40,000 nt of DNA from Bacillota bacterium (GCA_016280725.1 JAEEHF010000065.1:52365-92364); one strand, 5' to 3'; counted from the first letter of the stretch, positions 1 to 7,634 are shown. Numbers and translations are program-made. Notes: generated by a model not told the origin, from the letters alone.

Positions 1-1
1 T

Positions 2-322
2 CTTGCAAATGCAATTCTACTTCCAACAGTTATGAGATTTAATGGTGAAGTATGTGCTCAAAGATTTAGAGAAATTCTATGTGAGATTGGTCGTCCTGAT
101 GCTAGAGATCTAAATGATCAAGATGTTATTAACACATTCTGCTGGATGTTATCTGAATTATCTAAGGCGGTTGGAATTACGACGACTGTTAAAGATACTG
201 GATGCAAGGAAGAAGATCTTGAAATGCTTGCAGAAAAAGCTATGAATGATCCATGTAGACCAGGAAATCCACGCGAAACTACAAAAGAAGATTTCATTAA
301 TTTATATAGACAAGCAATGTAA
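2..322 (+). CDS. Iron-containing (group III) alcohol dehydrogenase, C-terminal fragment (5' end outside window)
   Basis: Frame is open from the window edge. Translation LANAILLPTVMRFNGEVCAQRF...DPCRPGNPRETTKEDFINLYRQAM resembles the C-terminal helical domain of Fe-ADH family enzymes. AT-rich native codon usage; a hairpin terminator follows. Confidence 0.75.
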   Translation, partial: LANAILLPTVMRFNGEVCAQRFREILCEIGRPDARDLNDQDVINTFCWMLSELSKAVGITTTVKDTGCKEEDLEMLAEKAMNDPCRPGNPRETTKEDFINLYRQAM

Positions 323-328
323 TATTAA

Positions 329-362
329 AGTCAAGTACAAATACGTACTTGACTTTTTTTTG
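329..362 (+). terminator. Rho-independent terminator after the ADH gene
   Basis: Perfect 10-bp stem AGTCAAGTAC (329-338) / GTACTTGACT (345-354), 6-nt loop, then a T-run. Confidence 0.7.
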
Positions 363-377
363 TTATTTTTATATAAT
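349..377 (+). promoter_or_regulatory. SigA-type promoter candidate for ORF 412..750
   Basis: TTGACT (349-354), 17-nt spacer, TATAAT (372-377). GGAGG Shine-Dalgarno lies just before ATG 412. Confidence 0.5.
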
Positions 378-411
378 TGCTTTTACGAGACTATTTTAGA
401 GGAGGGGTACC

Positions 412-750
412 ATGGTAACAGCCTATGAGGATGCCTTCACGTACCTAGAAGAAGTTCTTGATTTCAAGCCTTCTTCAAATCCCCGACGGTTTTCTGAGGT
501 TTTAGCGGTAATGGATAAGTATATTAAGAGTGGAGATGCTTGGTGGGTTAAGTTTCGTAACGATCCAGTAAGACTTGCTGCAAGGCAGATTACAGAACCT
601 GTACTGTTGATTCCAATATATACATTTACTCAAGGACTTACTGAAGTTTTGGGGCGTGTTCCCAGAGCAGAGGAAGTGTCTTTTAAGAATAAAGCCCTTG
701 TGACTGAGTTTTCTACCAAGCTGAAGCTTTATAACAGAAACCATCGCTAA
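412..750 (+). CDS. Hypothetical protein, 112 aa, GC-shifted (foreign-looking) islet
   Basis: ATG preceded by AGGAGG. Codon usage differs from neighbours (AAG, GAG, CTT, CGA, CGG, GGG). No recognisable family. The opposite strand is also open (502..744), so coding status is not certain. Confidence 0.5.
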   Translation: MVTAYEDAFTYLEEVLDFKPSSNPRRFSEVLAVMDKYIKSGDAWWVKFRNDPVRLAARQITEPVLLIPIYTFTQGLTEVLGRVPRAEEVSFKNKALVTEFSTKLKLYNRNHR

Positions 751-790
751 TTCAATACCATAATTGGGACGTCTTAGTTATATAGAAATA

Positions 791-824
791 AAGGACTTTC
801 GACTAACCTCGAAGGTCCTTTTTC
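791..824 (+). terminator. Rho-independent terminator after ORF 412..750
   Basis: Stem AAGGACTTTCGA / TCGAAGGTCCTT (one G-T wobble), 6-nt loop CTAACC, then TTTTT. Confidence 0.65.
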
Positions 825-825
825 C

Positions 826-854
826 TTGACTTTTAAGCATAAATTATGTAAAAT
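826..854 (+). promoter_or_regulatory. Promoter candidate for der
   Basis: TTGACT (826-831), 17-nt spacer, TAAAAT (849-854). Confidence 0.45.
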
Positions 855-879
855 TATGATAGTTTTTTGAAAGAAAGAG

Positions 880-2232
880 GTGATAAAAGTGGCAAATCCT
901 ATAGTAGCTATAATTGGCAGACCAAATGTTGGTAAATCAACGTTTTTTAACTATTTAATAGGTGAAAGAAAGTCAATAGTTAAAGATACTCCTGGAGTAA
1001 CAAGAGATAGAATATATGGCGATTCAAATTGGAGAGGTAGAAACTTTACTCTAATTGATACTGGCGGAATTGAGCCAAAATCTACTGACGATATCATGAT
1101 TCAAATGCGTACACAAGCCGAAATAGCTATTGAAGTAGCAGATATTATTGTATTTTTAACAGATATTAAGCAAGGAGTTACTTCAGATGACTTTGAAGTA
1201 TCTAGCATTCTTAGAAAAGCTAATAAACCAGTAATCTTAGTATGCAACAAGTCTGATAAAATTGGCGAAACACCTGCTGAGCTATATGAATTTTATAACC
1301 TAGGCTTAGGGGATCCACTTCCTGTATCATCTTTAAATAAATTGGGTATGGGAGAAGTGTTAGATGCGATATATGAACACTTTCCAGAAGAATCAAGCAA
1401 CGAAGATAATAGCGACTTTATAAAGGTTGCAGTAATTGGAAAACCAAATGTAGGAAAATCATCTCTAATTAATAAAATCTTAGGCGAAAATAGACTTATT
1501 GTATCTAACATAGCAGGAACAACAAGAGATGCAATTGATACAAAGGTTGAAAATTCAAGCGGTAAATATATTTTCATAGATACGGCTGGAATTAGAAGAA
1601 AAAGTAAAATTGAAGAAGATATTGAAAGATATAGTATTATCAGAGCAAAAGCCTCTATAGAAAAAGCAGATGTATGCATACTCGTAATTGACGCATTAGA
1701 AGGAGTTACTGACCAAGATGCTAAAATTGCTGGTGAAGCTCATGAAAGCGGCAAGGGAGTAATAATTTTAATCAACAAATGGGACGCTATAGAAAAAGAA
1801 ACTGGCTCATTAGAAAACTACAAAAAAGATGTATATACAAAACTTGCATACCTAGATTATGCACCAATTCTATTTGTTTCAGCATTAACTGGTCAAAGAA
1901 TAGATAAATTATTCCCGCTTATCAATGATGTAAATACCGAAAACTCAAAGAGAGTTACTACAGGAACTTTAAATGATGTTATAAATGAAGCAATTACTAT
2001 CGTTCAACCACCATCAGATAAAGGAAGAAGACTAAAAGTATATTATGCGACACAGGTATCTGTAAGACCACCGACTTTTGTTGTATTTTGCAATAGTGTA
2101 AAGTTATTTCATTTTTCATATCAGCGTTATATAGAAAACCAACTTAGAAAAAGCTTTGGGTTTAGTGGTACACCAGTTAGAATTATCCCAAGAGAAAAAT
2201 CAAATAAAGACATCGAAAAAGGTAACAAATAA
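880..2232 (+). CDS. der: Ribosome-biogenesis GTPase Der (EngA), tandem GTPase domains plus KH-like C-terminus
   Basis: Two P-loops (GRPNVGKST and GKPNVGKSS), two DTxG and NKxD motifs. The real start is more likely GTG 889, since the SD AAGAGG at 875-880 overlaps the 880 start. Confidence 0.95.
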   Translation: MIKVANPIVAIIGRPNVGKSTFFNYLIGERKSIVKDTPGVTRDRIYGDSNWRGRNFTLIDTGGIEPKSTDDIMIQMRTQAEIAIEVADIIVFLTDIKQGVTSDDFEVSSILRKANKPVILVCNKSDKIGETPAELYEFYNLGLGDPLPVSSLNKLGMGEVLDAIYEHFPEESSNEDNSDFIKVAVIGKPNVGKSSLINKILGENRLIVSNIAGTTRDAIDTKVENSSGKYIFIDTAGIRRKSKIEEDIERYSIIRAKASIEKADVCILVIDALEGVTDQDAKIAGEAHESGKGVIILINKWDAIEKETGSLENYKKDVYTKLAYLDYAPILFVSALTGQRIDKLFPLINDVNTENSKRVTTGTLNDVINEAITIVQPPSDKGRRLKVYYATQVSVRPPTFVVFCNSVKLFHFSYQRYIENQLRKSFGFSGTPVRIIPREKSNKDIEKGNK

Positions 2233-2243
2233 AGGGAGATAAA

Positions 2244-2402
2244 ATGAAAATTAAAGAATTAAGGTTAGTTGACATAGTTGTCAATAAAGACGGTAATACA
2301 ATTTACGAAGGCAGCGCTGAAAATGCCACAAATAATCTATTAGAATGTGATTGCCAGTCATTAGAGATTATTAATAACAAGGTAGTTATTGACATAAAAT
2401 AA
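2244..2402 (+). CDS. Small hypothetical protein, 52 aa
   Basis: ATG 2244 is preceded by AGGGAG, 12 nt after the der stop. Native AT-rich codon usage; translation MKIKELRLVDIVVNKDGNTIYEGSAENATNNLLECDCQSLEIINNKVVIDIK. Below the ORF-track size cut-off. Confidence 0.5.
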   Translation: MKIKELRLVDIVVNKDGNTIYEGSAENATNNLLECDCQSLEIINNKVVIDIK

Positions 2403-2404
2403 TG

Positions 2405-2433
2405 TTGACATAATTTAACTGATTTGGTATAAT
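2405..2433 (+). promoter_or_regulatory. Consensus SigA promoter with extended -10
   Basis: TTGACA (2405-2410), 17-nt spacer, TATAAT (2428-2433), with TG at -15/-14. Confidence 0.6.
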
Positions 2434-2497
2434 ACCTCTGTAAACCCCACAATTACGATTTTCCCCGCTTTAATATTAAAAAAGGGAGGTACAGCAA

Positions 2498-2629
2498 ATG
2501 AAGCGTAGTTACATTCCAAAAAAGAAGCAGCAGCGGTACTCAACCAAAAAAAACACAAAATACGTCAAGCAGGTTTTAGACAGAAAGAAGAATTTCTATC
2601 GGTATGAGTTATCCTGTTTGTTTGAGTGA
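2498..2629 (+). CDS. Very basic 43-aa peptide, GC-shifted islet
   Basis: GGGAGG SD 7 nt before ATG 2498. Translation MKRSYIPKKKQQRYSTKKNTKYVKQVLDRKKNFYRYELSCLFE. Uses CGG twice in frame (2534-2536, 2600-2602). A GC-rich hairpin follows. Confidence 0.45.
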   Translation: MKRSYIPKKKQQRYSTKKNTKYVKQVLDRKKNFYRYELSCLFE

Positions 2630-2638
2630 ACCAAATTA

Positions 2639-2667
2639 CCGGCTCGTGTAAAAGCGAGCCGGTTTTA
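2639..2667. terminator. GC-rich hairpin terminator between convergent genes
   Basis: CCGGCTCG (2639-2646) / CGAGCCGG (2655-2662), then TTTT. Abuts the recombinase stop codon at 2668, so it may serve both strands. Confidence 0.65.
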
Positions 2668-3690
2668 TTATAAATTAGCGAGTGGATTATTCTCAATTGC
2701 TTGCCTTATCTGATAATTATCTACGTGCGTATATATCTCTGTAGTACCTATATTTTCATGTCCTAAAATCTCTTGTAGTGCTCTAACATCTACACCATTT
2801 TGATACATTAATGTAGCTGCAGTATGTCGTAGTTTGTGAGTTGAGTAGCCTTTTAGACCTGCTGTATTGAGATATTCAGAAATTGCAGTTTGTACCATTC
2901 TGTTGCTAATTCTTTTCTTTCTATCACTCAAGAATAGTGCATCGCTATCTGGCCCTGTTATATTAGGTCTAACCGCCAAGTATTCTCTTATAACTTTCAT
3001 ACATGCTCTATTTAAATATACTGTTCGTTCTTTATTTCCTTTTCCAATAACTGTTAAAATTTCTTCGTCAAATTTAATGTGATTTTTATTTATTCCGACA
3101 AGCTCAGATAAACGCATACCACAGTTTAAGAATAATGTTACAATAGCATGATCTCTTATTCCTAAGTATTTTTGATGTTCAGTTAATTCTTTATCTGGAT
3201 CTTTTAGTCTGCTTAATTGATTCTTGTTATCTTCTTTTGCAACTTCCAACAGCTTTAAACTTTCATTAATTGAAAGATATTTAGGTAAGCGTTTGTTTAT
3301 CTTTGGCGTTTCAATATCTTTGGCAGGATTATCCTTTAGAACGTTTGCTTTAATTGTTAAATACTTAAAAAAACCTTTTATAGCAGCAAGTTTTCTAGCT
3401 CTAGTAGCTGGTCCAACTTCAAGAGTAGTGGCTAAGTATGACATATATTCATAAATATCACTAGAATCTATTCTTGAAAGAAACTCAGCATTGATATCAT
3501 GTATCTCAATTTTGTCAAAATTAATATTATTTTCTTTAATGCCATTAGATAATGCAACCATAAATTTTAAAAATCTTGCTAAGTCGTATTTATATTCTTT
3601 TATTGTATTAGGTGATTTATTTAGATTTATATTAAAATTTATATAATTGCGCAATAAACTAGGTAATCCTTCAGGATCTTTCTTTATCAT
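2668..3690 (-). CDS. Tyrosine site-specific recombinase (XerC/XerD / phage integrase family)
   Basis: N-terminal SAM-like core-binding region, then a catalytic domain with GMRLSEL (Arg), HKLRHTAAT (H-x-x-R) and LGHENIGTTEIYTHV (His/Tyr nucleophile). Confidence 0.9.
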   Translation of the reverse strand: MIKKDPEGLPSLLRNYINFNINLNKSPNTIKEYKYDLARFLKFMVALSNGIKENNINFDKIEIHDINAEFLSRIDSSDIYEYMSYLATTLEVGPATRARKLAAIKGFFKYLTIKANVLKDNPAKDIETPKINKRLPKYLSINESLKLLEVAKEDNKNQLSRLKDPDKELTEHQKYLGIRDHAIVTLFLNCGMRLSELVGINKNHIKFDEEILTVIGKGNKERTVYLNRACMKVIREYLAVRPNITGPDSDALFLSDRKKRISNRMVQTAISEYLNTAGLKGYSTHKLRHTAATLMYQNGVDVRALQEILGHENIGTTEIYTHVDNYQIRQAIENNPLANL

Positions 3691-3759
3691 TTTTTCTCCT
3701 TATTTTTTAAAATAATTCATAATAATTATATATATAACTAAAATTACAAGTAAATAAAA

Positions 3760-3770
3760 ATTGCACAAAA
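3760..3770. repeat. Third partial copy (ATTGCACAAAA) of the inverted-repeat core, in the recombinase upstream region
   Basis: 11-nt identity to the core of the 18-bp repeat at 4053-4070, same orientation, about 70 bp upstream of the recombinase start codon. Confidence 0.4.
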
Positions 3771-3914
3771 GAAATAGAGATTTAATATTTTTGTTTTAAA
3801 TGTAGGGAGGACGTGGCATATACATTACATTTCCGTTACTTTATACTACTTCTATTACTTATAATGCTATAATAATAGATAACATATAACTACTATAAAG
3901 TAAGTGAAAAAAGT

Positions 3915-4055
3915 ATGATAAAGCGTCCTTACTGTAATGGCGAAATTGAATTTGATGCAAACGTAGAATTAGTTACTCATGTCTACTGAGAGACTAGCTT
4001 TAAGCTCGATGACTGAAAACTGGCAGAGGTCATACTTATTAAAGAAAATATTTAA
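3915..4055 (+). pseudogene. Small GC-richer reading frame interrupted by two in-frame TGA codons
   Basis: MIKRPYCNGEIEFDANVELVTHVY-TGA-ETSFKLDD-TGA-KLAEVILIKENI-TAA. Weak SD. TGA codons at 3987-3989 and 4014-4016. The terminal TAA overlaps the left inverted repeat. Confidence 0.3.
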
Positions 4056-4070
4056 AAGATTGCACAAAAT
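4053..4070. repeat. Left copy of 18-bp perfect inverted repeat TAAAAGATTGCACAAAAT
   Basis: Exact reverse complement of 4930-4947. Confidence 0.85.
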
Positions 4071-4183
4071 CTTTCTTTTGAGATAGAGGAGAGTCAAAAG
4101 GGAATATAGAGTTAGTCTTTTAATATTTGTATTCTTTTGCTTATTTATTTAGAAAATATGAATAAATTATATTGAGGTGTAAC

Positions 4184-4486
4184 ATGAAAAACCAAAATGT
4201 TTTTATAATTATTATTTCAATTATTGTAATTATTATTGTAGCTTTAACAACAAATTTTTTACTTAGAATTAATTCAGCTAATAAAATTTATGGATCTGAT
4301 AAATGTGTTGGTCATGATTCGCGCGAAGGAATTGGTTTAACAGTCATGACTTCATATAAGTGTAAAGTATGTGGTTTTAATAATGAATCAGGCAGTTCTA
4401 TGACACCTTCAATGTGTCCACTATGCCAAAAATTAACCTCGAGATGCCCAACATGTGGTAAATTAATAGAAAATACGGGTGCCTAG
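4184..4486 (+). CDS. Small membrane-anchored protein with C-terminal Cys-rich zinc-ribbon-like region
   Basis: GAGGTG SD before ATG 4184 (the track start 4172 is a TTG inside the SD). N-terminal hydrophobic helix VFIIIISIIVIIIVALTT, then CKVCG...CPLCQ...CPTCG motifs. Confidence 0.7.
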   Translation: MKNQNVFIIIISIIVIIIVALTTNFLLRINSANKIYGSDKCVGHDSREGIGLTVMTSYKCKVCGFNNESGSSMTPSMCPLCQKLTSRCPTCGKLIENTGA

Positions 4487-4636
4487 AAAATGGCTTAAAA
4501 TAGCATGTTTCAAGACGCACGAGGATGCCCTAGAATCGATTTTTAGAGCAAGGGGTATATAACTATATGCCTCGAAATATAGTCTAAATATCAATATATC
4601 AAATTTTATTTATTTTATAGAAAGGAATGAAGTATT

Positions 4637-4846
4637 ATGCCGCAATATGTAGTTTTGCAAGTAACACTTAAAGAAAAATTTTTAGGAACTGGATCGAGAA
4701 ATCTATCAGAGCTTGAAGGAATTATAAATGAGCAAGCATCAAAGGGATACAGATTGCATACAATAACAACAGCATCTGCACAAAGTACAGGCTTATTAGG
4801 TGGAGACAGAATTCAAGCTACATTAGTATTTGAAAGGCTTAGATAG
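4637..4846 (+). CDS. DUF4177-like small protein
   Basis: 69 aa; GGAATGAAG-type SD. The pattern YVVLQV...LEGIINEQASKGYRLHTI...ATLVFER resembles DUF4177 proteins. Confidence 0.65.
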   Translation: MPQYVVLQVTLKEKFLGTGSRNLSELEGIINEQASKGYRLHTITTASAQSTGLLGGDRIQATLVFERLR

Positions 4847-4870
4847 GAAAGTTATAGGGGAAATATATAA

Positions 4871-4903
4871 AAGCGCCATATAAGTCAATTTGAGGCGCTT
4901 TTT
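4871..4903 (+). terminator. Hairpin terminator after the DUF4177 gene
   Basis: AAGCGCC (4871-4877) / GGCGCTT (4894-4900), then a T-run. The loop is rather large at 16 nt. Confidence 0.5.
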
Positions 4904-4929
4904 GTGATATTCTTTTTCGCAAAACTTAC

Positions 4930-4947
4930 ATTTTGTGCAATCTTTTA
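4930..4947. repeat. Right copy of 18-bp perfect inverted repeat
   Basis: ATTTTGTGCAATCTTTTA is the reverse complement of 4053-4070. Confidence 0.85.
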
Positions 4948-5004
4948 TAGAACAAAATATGACCTCCCCATCCGTTTTTTTATAAATTAAAAAGCCATAT
5001 TTTA

Positions 5005-5979
5005 CTAATCATTATTTAGGATATATTCTTCTAAATTATTTTTATAACTAAATATTTCATTTATTGTTCTTACTACTTCATTTTCTCCTAGTTCTTTTTC
5101 TTCATTATCTGCACACTCAATTTTGCTAGCTCTTCTTAAGTTGTATTCAAGCCATCCAAGTTTATTAATATAATTTGCTAAGTATGCATCTTTTAAGTCT
5201 TTAGAATCACATCCATATGTTTTAATAAATAATTTGAACCTTTCTATATTAAAGAAATCTTGACCACCACTCCAATTCCATGCTGTGTCAATAAGCTCTA
5301 CTAAAGGATTTACAGGCCCTGTTGACTCCCAATCAATTACTACAGGATTATTGTTATTGTCCCATAAAATATTTTTAATATCCATATCTCTGTGACTAAT
5401 CACGTATTCATCTTCTAAGTTTTTATAGCTTTTAATTGAAATATCATAAATACTTTTTAATTCATTTTTATTAGTTATAAGTAGGTTCCTAACATTATTA
5501 TTCTCTATTAGCGGGATATAATAATCGTAATCTATCTCATTATTATTTATTTTATTATTTTCACTTTTGTCGCCAAAGTCAGTATTATGTAAATCATGAA
5601 GAATCTTTGCTATCTTTATAATATGATCTTCTTTTACTTCTTCGTTACATAATGTTTTCCCGTTATACCAATTATATATTAGAAAATAATTGCCTTCTTC
5701 TTCTTGAACAACGTTCCCATTAAATTCAATAGCTGGAATACATGGAATTCCGTTATCTTTAGCTATTCTAGCTATTTTTTCTGCATATATATGATTATTC
5801 ATTGCATCTTTTCTTTTCATGACTTCTTGATTTAGCTGCTTAAATGCATAACATCCTTTATCGGTTACTACTTTATACATTCGATTAAGAAGACCGCCAT
5901 ATACTCTTGTAGGTTCGCTTAAAATTGTCCCCATATTTAATCTTGTAACTAAATTAGATAATATATAATTAATTGTCAT
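5005..5979 (-). CDS. Phosphotransferase-family kinase (APH / choline-kinase-like fold)
   Basis: Catalytic loop HRDMDIKNILWD (HxDxxxxN) followed by VVIDWES (metal-binding Asp). Confidence 0.75.
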   Translation of the reverse strand: MTINYILSNLVTRLNMGTILSEPTRVYGGLLNRMYKVVTDKGCYAFKQLNQEVMKRKDAMNNHIYAEKIARIAKDNGIPCIPAIEFNGNVVQEEEGNYFLIYNWYNGKTLCNEEVKEDHIIKIAKILHDLHNTDFGDKSENNKINNNEIDYDYYIPLIENNNVRNLLITNKNELKSIYDISIKSYKNLEDEYVISHRDMDIKNILWDNNNNPVVIDWESTGPVNPLVELIDTAWNWSGGQDFFNIERFKLFIKTYGCDSKDLKDAYLANYINKLGWLEYNLRRASKIECADNEEKELGENEVVRTINEIFSYKNNLEEYILNND

Positions 5980-5995
5980 ATCTTGTACTCCTTAT

Positions 5996-6877
5996 CTATT
6001 TATTAATTAACTGCTTTATATCGTCCGGAATGTTTGCTTTTATTAACACATTTCTATTTTCTATTGGATGCTTAAACGATAATGTGTATGCGTGTAAAGC
6101 TTGCCTATTTAATAACTTAGAACTTTCTTTTGAATTATATAATGTGTCTCCAATTATTGGATGATTTATATATGCCATATGGACTCTTATTTGATGTGTT
6201 CTACCAGTTCTTAAAGTTAATTCTATTTCACTACATTCTATATTTGATATCTTAATTCTTTTTACTACTTTATATTCTGTTATTGCTTTTTGCCCGTTTA
6301 CTTTATCAACGTGTCTTTCGATTATACTTCCTTCTTTTCTAGATATTGGTTCATCAATAATTCCTTTATCTTTATCAAAATTTCCTTCAACTATTGCGAT
6401 ATACTTTTTTTCTACTTCATCATGAATTTCATTAAACACTTCTTGTGCAAATTCGTTTTTAGCAAATATAACAATTCCAGAAGTATCTTTATCTAGTCTA
6501 TTTACAGGTCTTATCTTTTTATTATTATTTAAATAGTGCTTAACATAATTTGCCAAGGTGCCATTAGGATGAAATGCACAAGGATGAACGACAATTCCAG
6601 ATGGTTTATTTACTGCAAGATACCAATCGTCTTCAAAAAGCACCTCTATACTGGCTTCTTGAGGTTCAATGTTATCTTCTTCATTATAATCAAAATCAAT
6701 GCTAACAATATCTCCTGTTTTAATTCTGTCATTTGAATATGCGATGTTATCATTAATATATATATGATGATTTAACTTTAACTTATTAAATAGTCTTGTT
6801 GAAAGGCCTAACTTATTCTTAGCTATAAACTTAAGAATCTGACCACTTTCTTTTTCTTGAACTATGTATTTTATCAA
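5996..6877 (-). CDS. RluA-family 23S rRNA/tRNA pseudouridine synthase (RluD-like, N-terminal S4 domain)
   Basis: Motifs NKPSGIVVHP, HRLDKDTSGIVIFAK-like (NRLDKDTSGIVIFAK) and RTGRTHQIRVHMA. Confidence 0.9.
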   Translation of the reverse strand: MIKYIVQEKESGQILKFIAKNKLGLSTRLFNKLKLNHHIYINDNIAYSNDRIKTGDIVSIDFDYNEEDNIEPQEASIEVLFEDDWYLAVNKPSGIVVHPCAFHPNGTLANYVKHYLNNNKKIRPVNRLDKDTSGIVIFAKNEFAQEVFNEIHDEVEKKYIAIVEGNFDKDKGIIDEPISRKEGSIIERHVDKVNGQKAITEYKVVKRIKISNIECSEIELTLRTGRTHQIRVHMAYINHPIIGDTLYNSKESSKLLNRQALHAYTLSFKHPIENRNVLIKANIPDDIKQLINK

Positions 6878-6918
6878 ATTTAATACTCCTTTAAAAAATT
6901 AAAAAGATTTTACATCAA

Positions 6919-6947
6919 TTGATAATAACTTAATTATATTATATAAT
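6919..6947 (+). promoter_or_regulatory. Promoter candidate for ORF 7019..7276
   Basis: TTGATA (6919-6924), 17-nt spacer, TATAAT (6942-6947). Confidence 0.45.
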
Positions 6948-7018
6948 GAACAAAAGAATAGTAATTCTTTTATGCTATTCCTTTATTCAAAATAATTTTT
7001 GAAAGGAAGTGAATTCCC

Positions 7019-7276
7019 ATGGCAATGCATTACGACATCGTTTTTCGTGTTGGGAACGACCACTCTGGACGGGCTACTTTTCTTGGTAAGATCTATGGGG
7101 GTTATACTTCCCCATATCAGAAGGCCATTGGTAAAACCAGATGTGAGCAGGAATTTATTTTTACCGATCTCAAAGGCTTATTGAATTTCATTAAATATGC
7201 GTGTGAAGAGTTTGAAGAAGATTTCGAGGTTATGCATATTGAAATCCGTAAGAATAAATTAAAAAAATCCCCCTGA
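7019..7276 (+). CDS. Hypothetical protein, 85 aa, GC-shifted islet
   Basis: AAAGGAAG SD, ATG 7019. Codon usage unlike neighbours (CGT, GGG, GAC, in-frame CGG at 7070-7072). The stop lies inside the rnpB terminator hairpin. No family recognised. Confidence 0.45.
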   Translation: MAMHYDIVFRVGNDHSGRATFLGKIYGGYTSPYQKAIGKTRCEQEFIFTDLKGLLNFIKYACEEFEEDFEVMHIEIRKNKLKKSP

Positions 7277-7295
7277 TATAGGGGGATTTCTTTTT
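7265..7295. terminator. Bidirectional hairpin terminator (rnpB on the minus strand, ORF 7019..7276 on the plus strand)
   Basis: AAATCCCCC / GGGGGATTT stem with a 7-nt loop, A-run on one side and T-run on the other. Confidence 0.75.
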
Positions 7296-7634
7296 AGGTA
7301 TGTCTATAAGCCGAGTTCTGTATTAGATAATCATTTATCTAGGATGTATATCACTATACACCTCAATCCGTCTTCCTTAAGAATCCATAACGAGCAGCTA
7401 TATTAGATTCTCCCATGACGTTTCTCCGGGTGGGGCTTGCAAAGCTAGCATGTCTCCATACTACTGGTAGGCTCTTACCCTACCTTTTCATCCTTACCTT
7501 TAAAAGGCGGTTTTCTTTTCTGTTGCGCTTTCCTTATGGTTACCCACACCAGCCGTTAGCTGGCACCCTTGCTCTATGGAGCTCGGACTTTCCTCATCTA
7601 GCCTAAACTATCCGCGATTATCTGGCATGCCTCT
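7296..7634 (-). ncRNA. rnpB: RNase P RNA (bacterial, Firmicutes type)
   Basis: The minus strand reads ...GAGGAAAGTCCGAGCTCCATAGAGCAAGGGTGCCAGCTAACGGCTGG...ACAGAACTCGGCTTATAG, the universally conserved RNase P RNA blocks (GAGGAAAGTCCGGGC-like and ACAGAAC-CGGCTTA-like). Ends estimated from P1 pairing. The track ORF 7415..7606 lies inside it and is spurious. Confidence 0.9.

Noticed and set aside
412-750. Possibility that the GC-rich 400-800 region is a known structured RNA (tmRNA, SRP RNA, 6S, a large ornate RNA, or a retron msr/msd)
   Set aside because: I could not find the diagnostic sequence blocks of tmRNA or SRP RNA, nor a long closing helix. No reverse transcriptase gene is nearby. It is kept as a hypothetical CDS with an explicit caveat; cmscan would decide.
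1293-1679. Antisense ORFs within long genes (e.g. 1293..1679, 11309..11593, 13338..13628, 14133..14444, 26137..26592, 35999..36406)
   Set aside because: These are shadow ORFs opposite well-supported conserved genes. They have low-complexity Ser/Leu/Phe-rich translations and no SD. They are not reported as features.
3806-3872. 19-codon hydrophobic peptide ORF (GTG 3813: MAYTLHFRYFILLLLLIML) after a GGGAGG, as a possible type I toxin
   Set aside because: The SD-to-start spacing is only about 2 nt, there is no obvious promoter or antisense RNA partner, and a chance ORF is likely in this context.
2668-5004. Prophage or integrative element attached to the recombinase
   Set aside because: There are no phage structural, replication or conjugation genes, no flanking tRNA and no direct-repeat att sites. 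Only the recombinase and short inverted repeats are present, so it is reported as a candidate inversion or miniature element instead.
7415-7606. 63-aa ORF in the track
   Set aside because: It lies entirely inside the RNase P RNA gene on the opposite strand. It is open only because the RNA gene is GC-rich.
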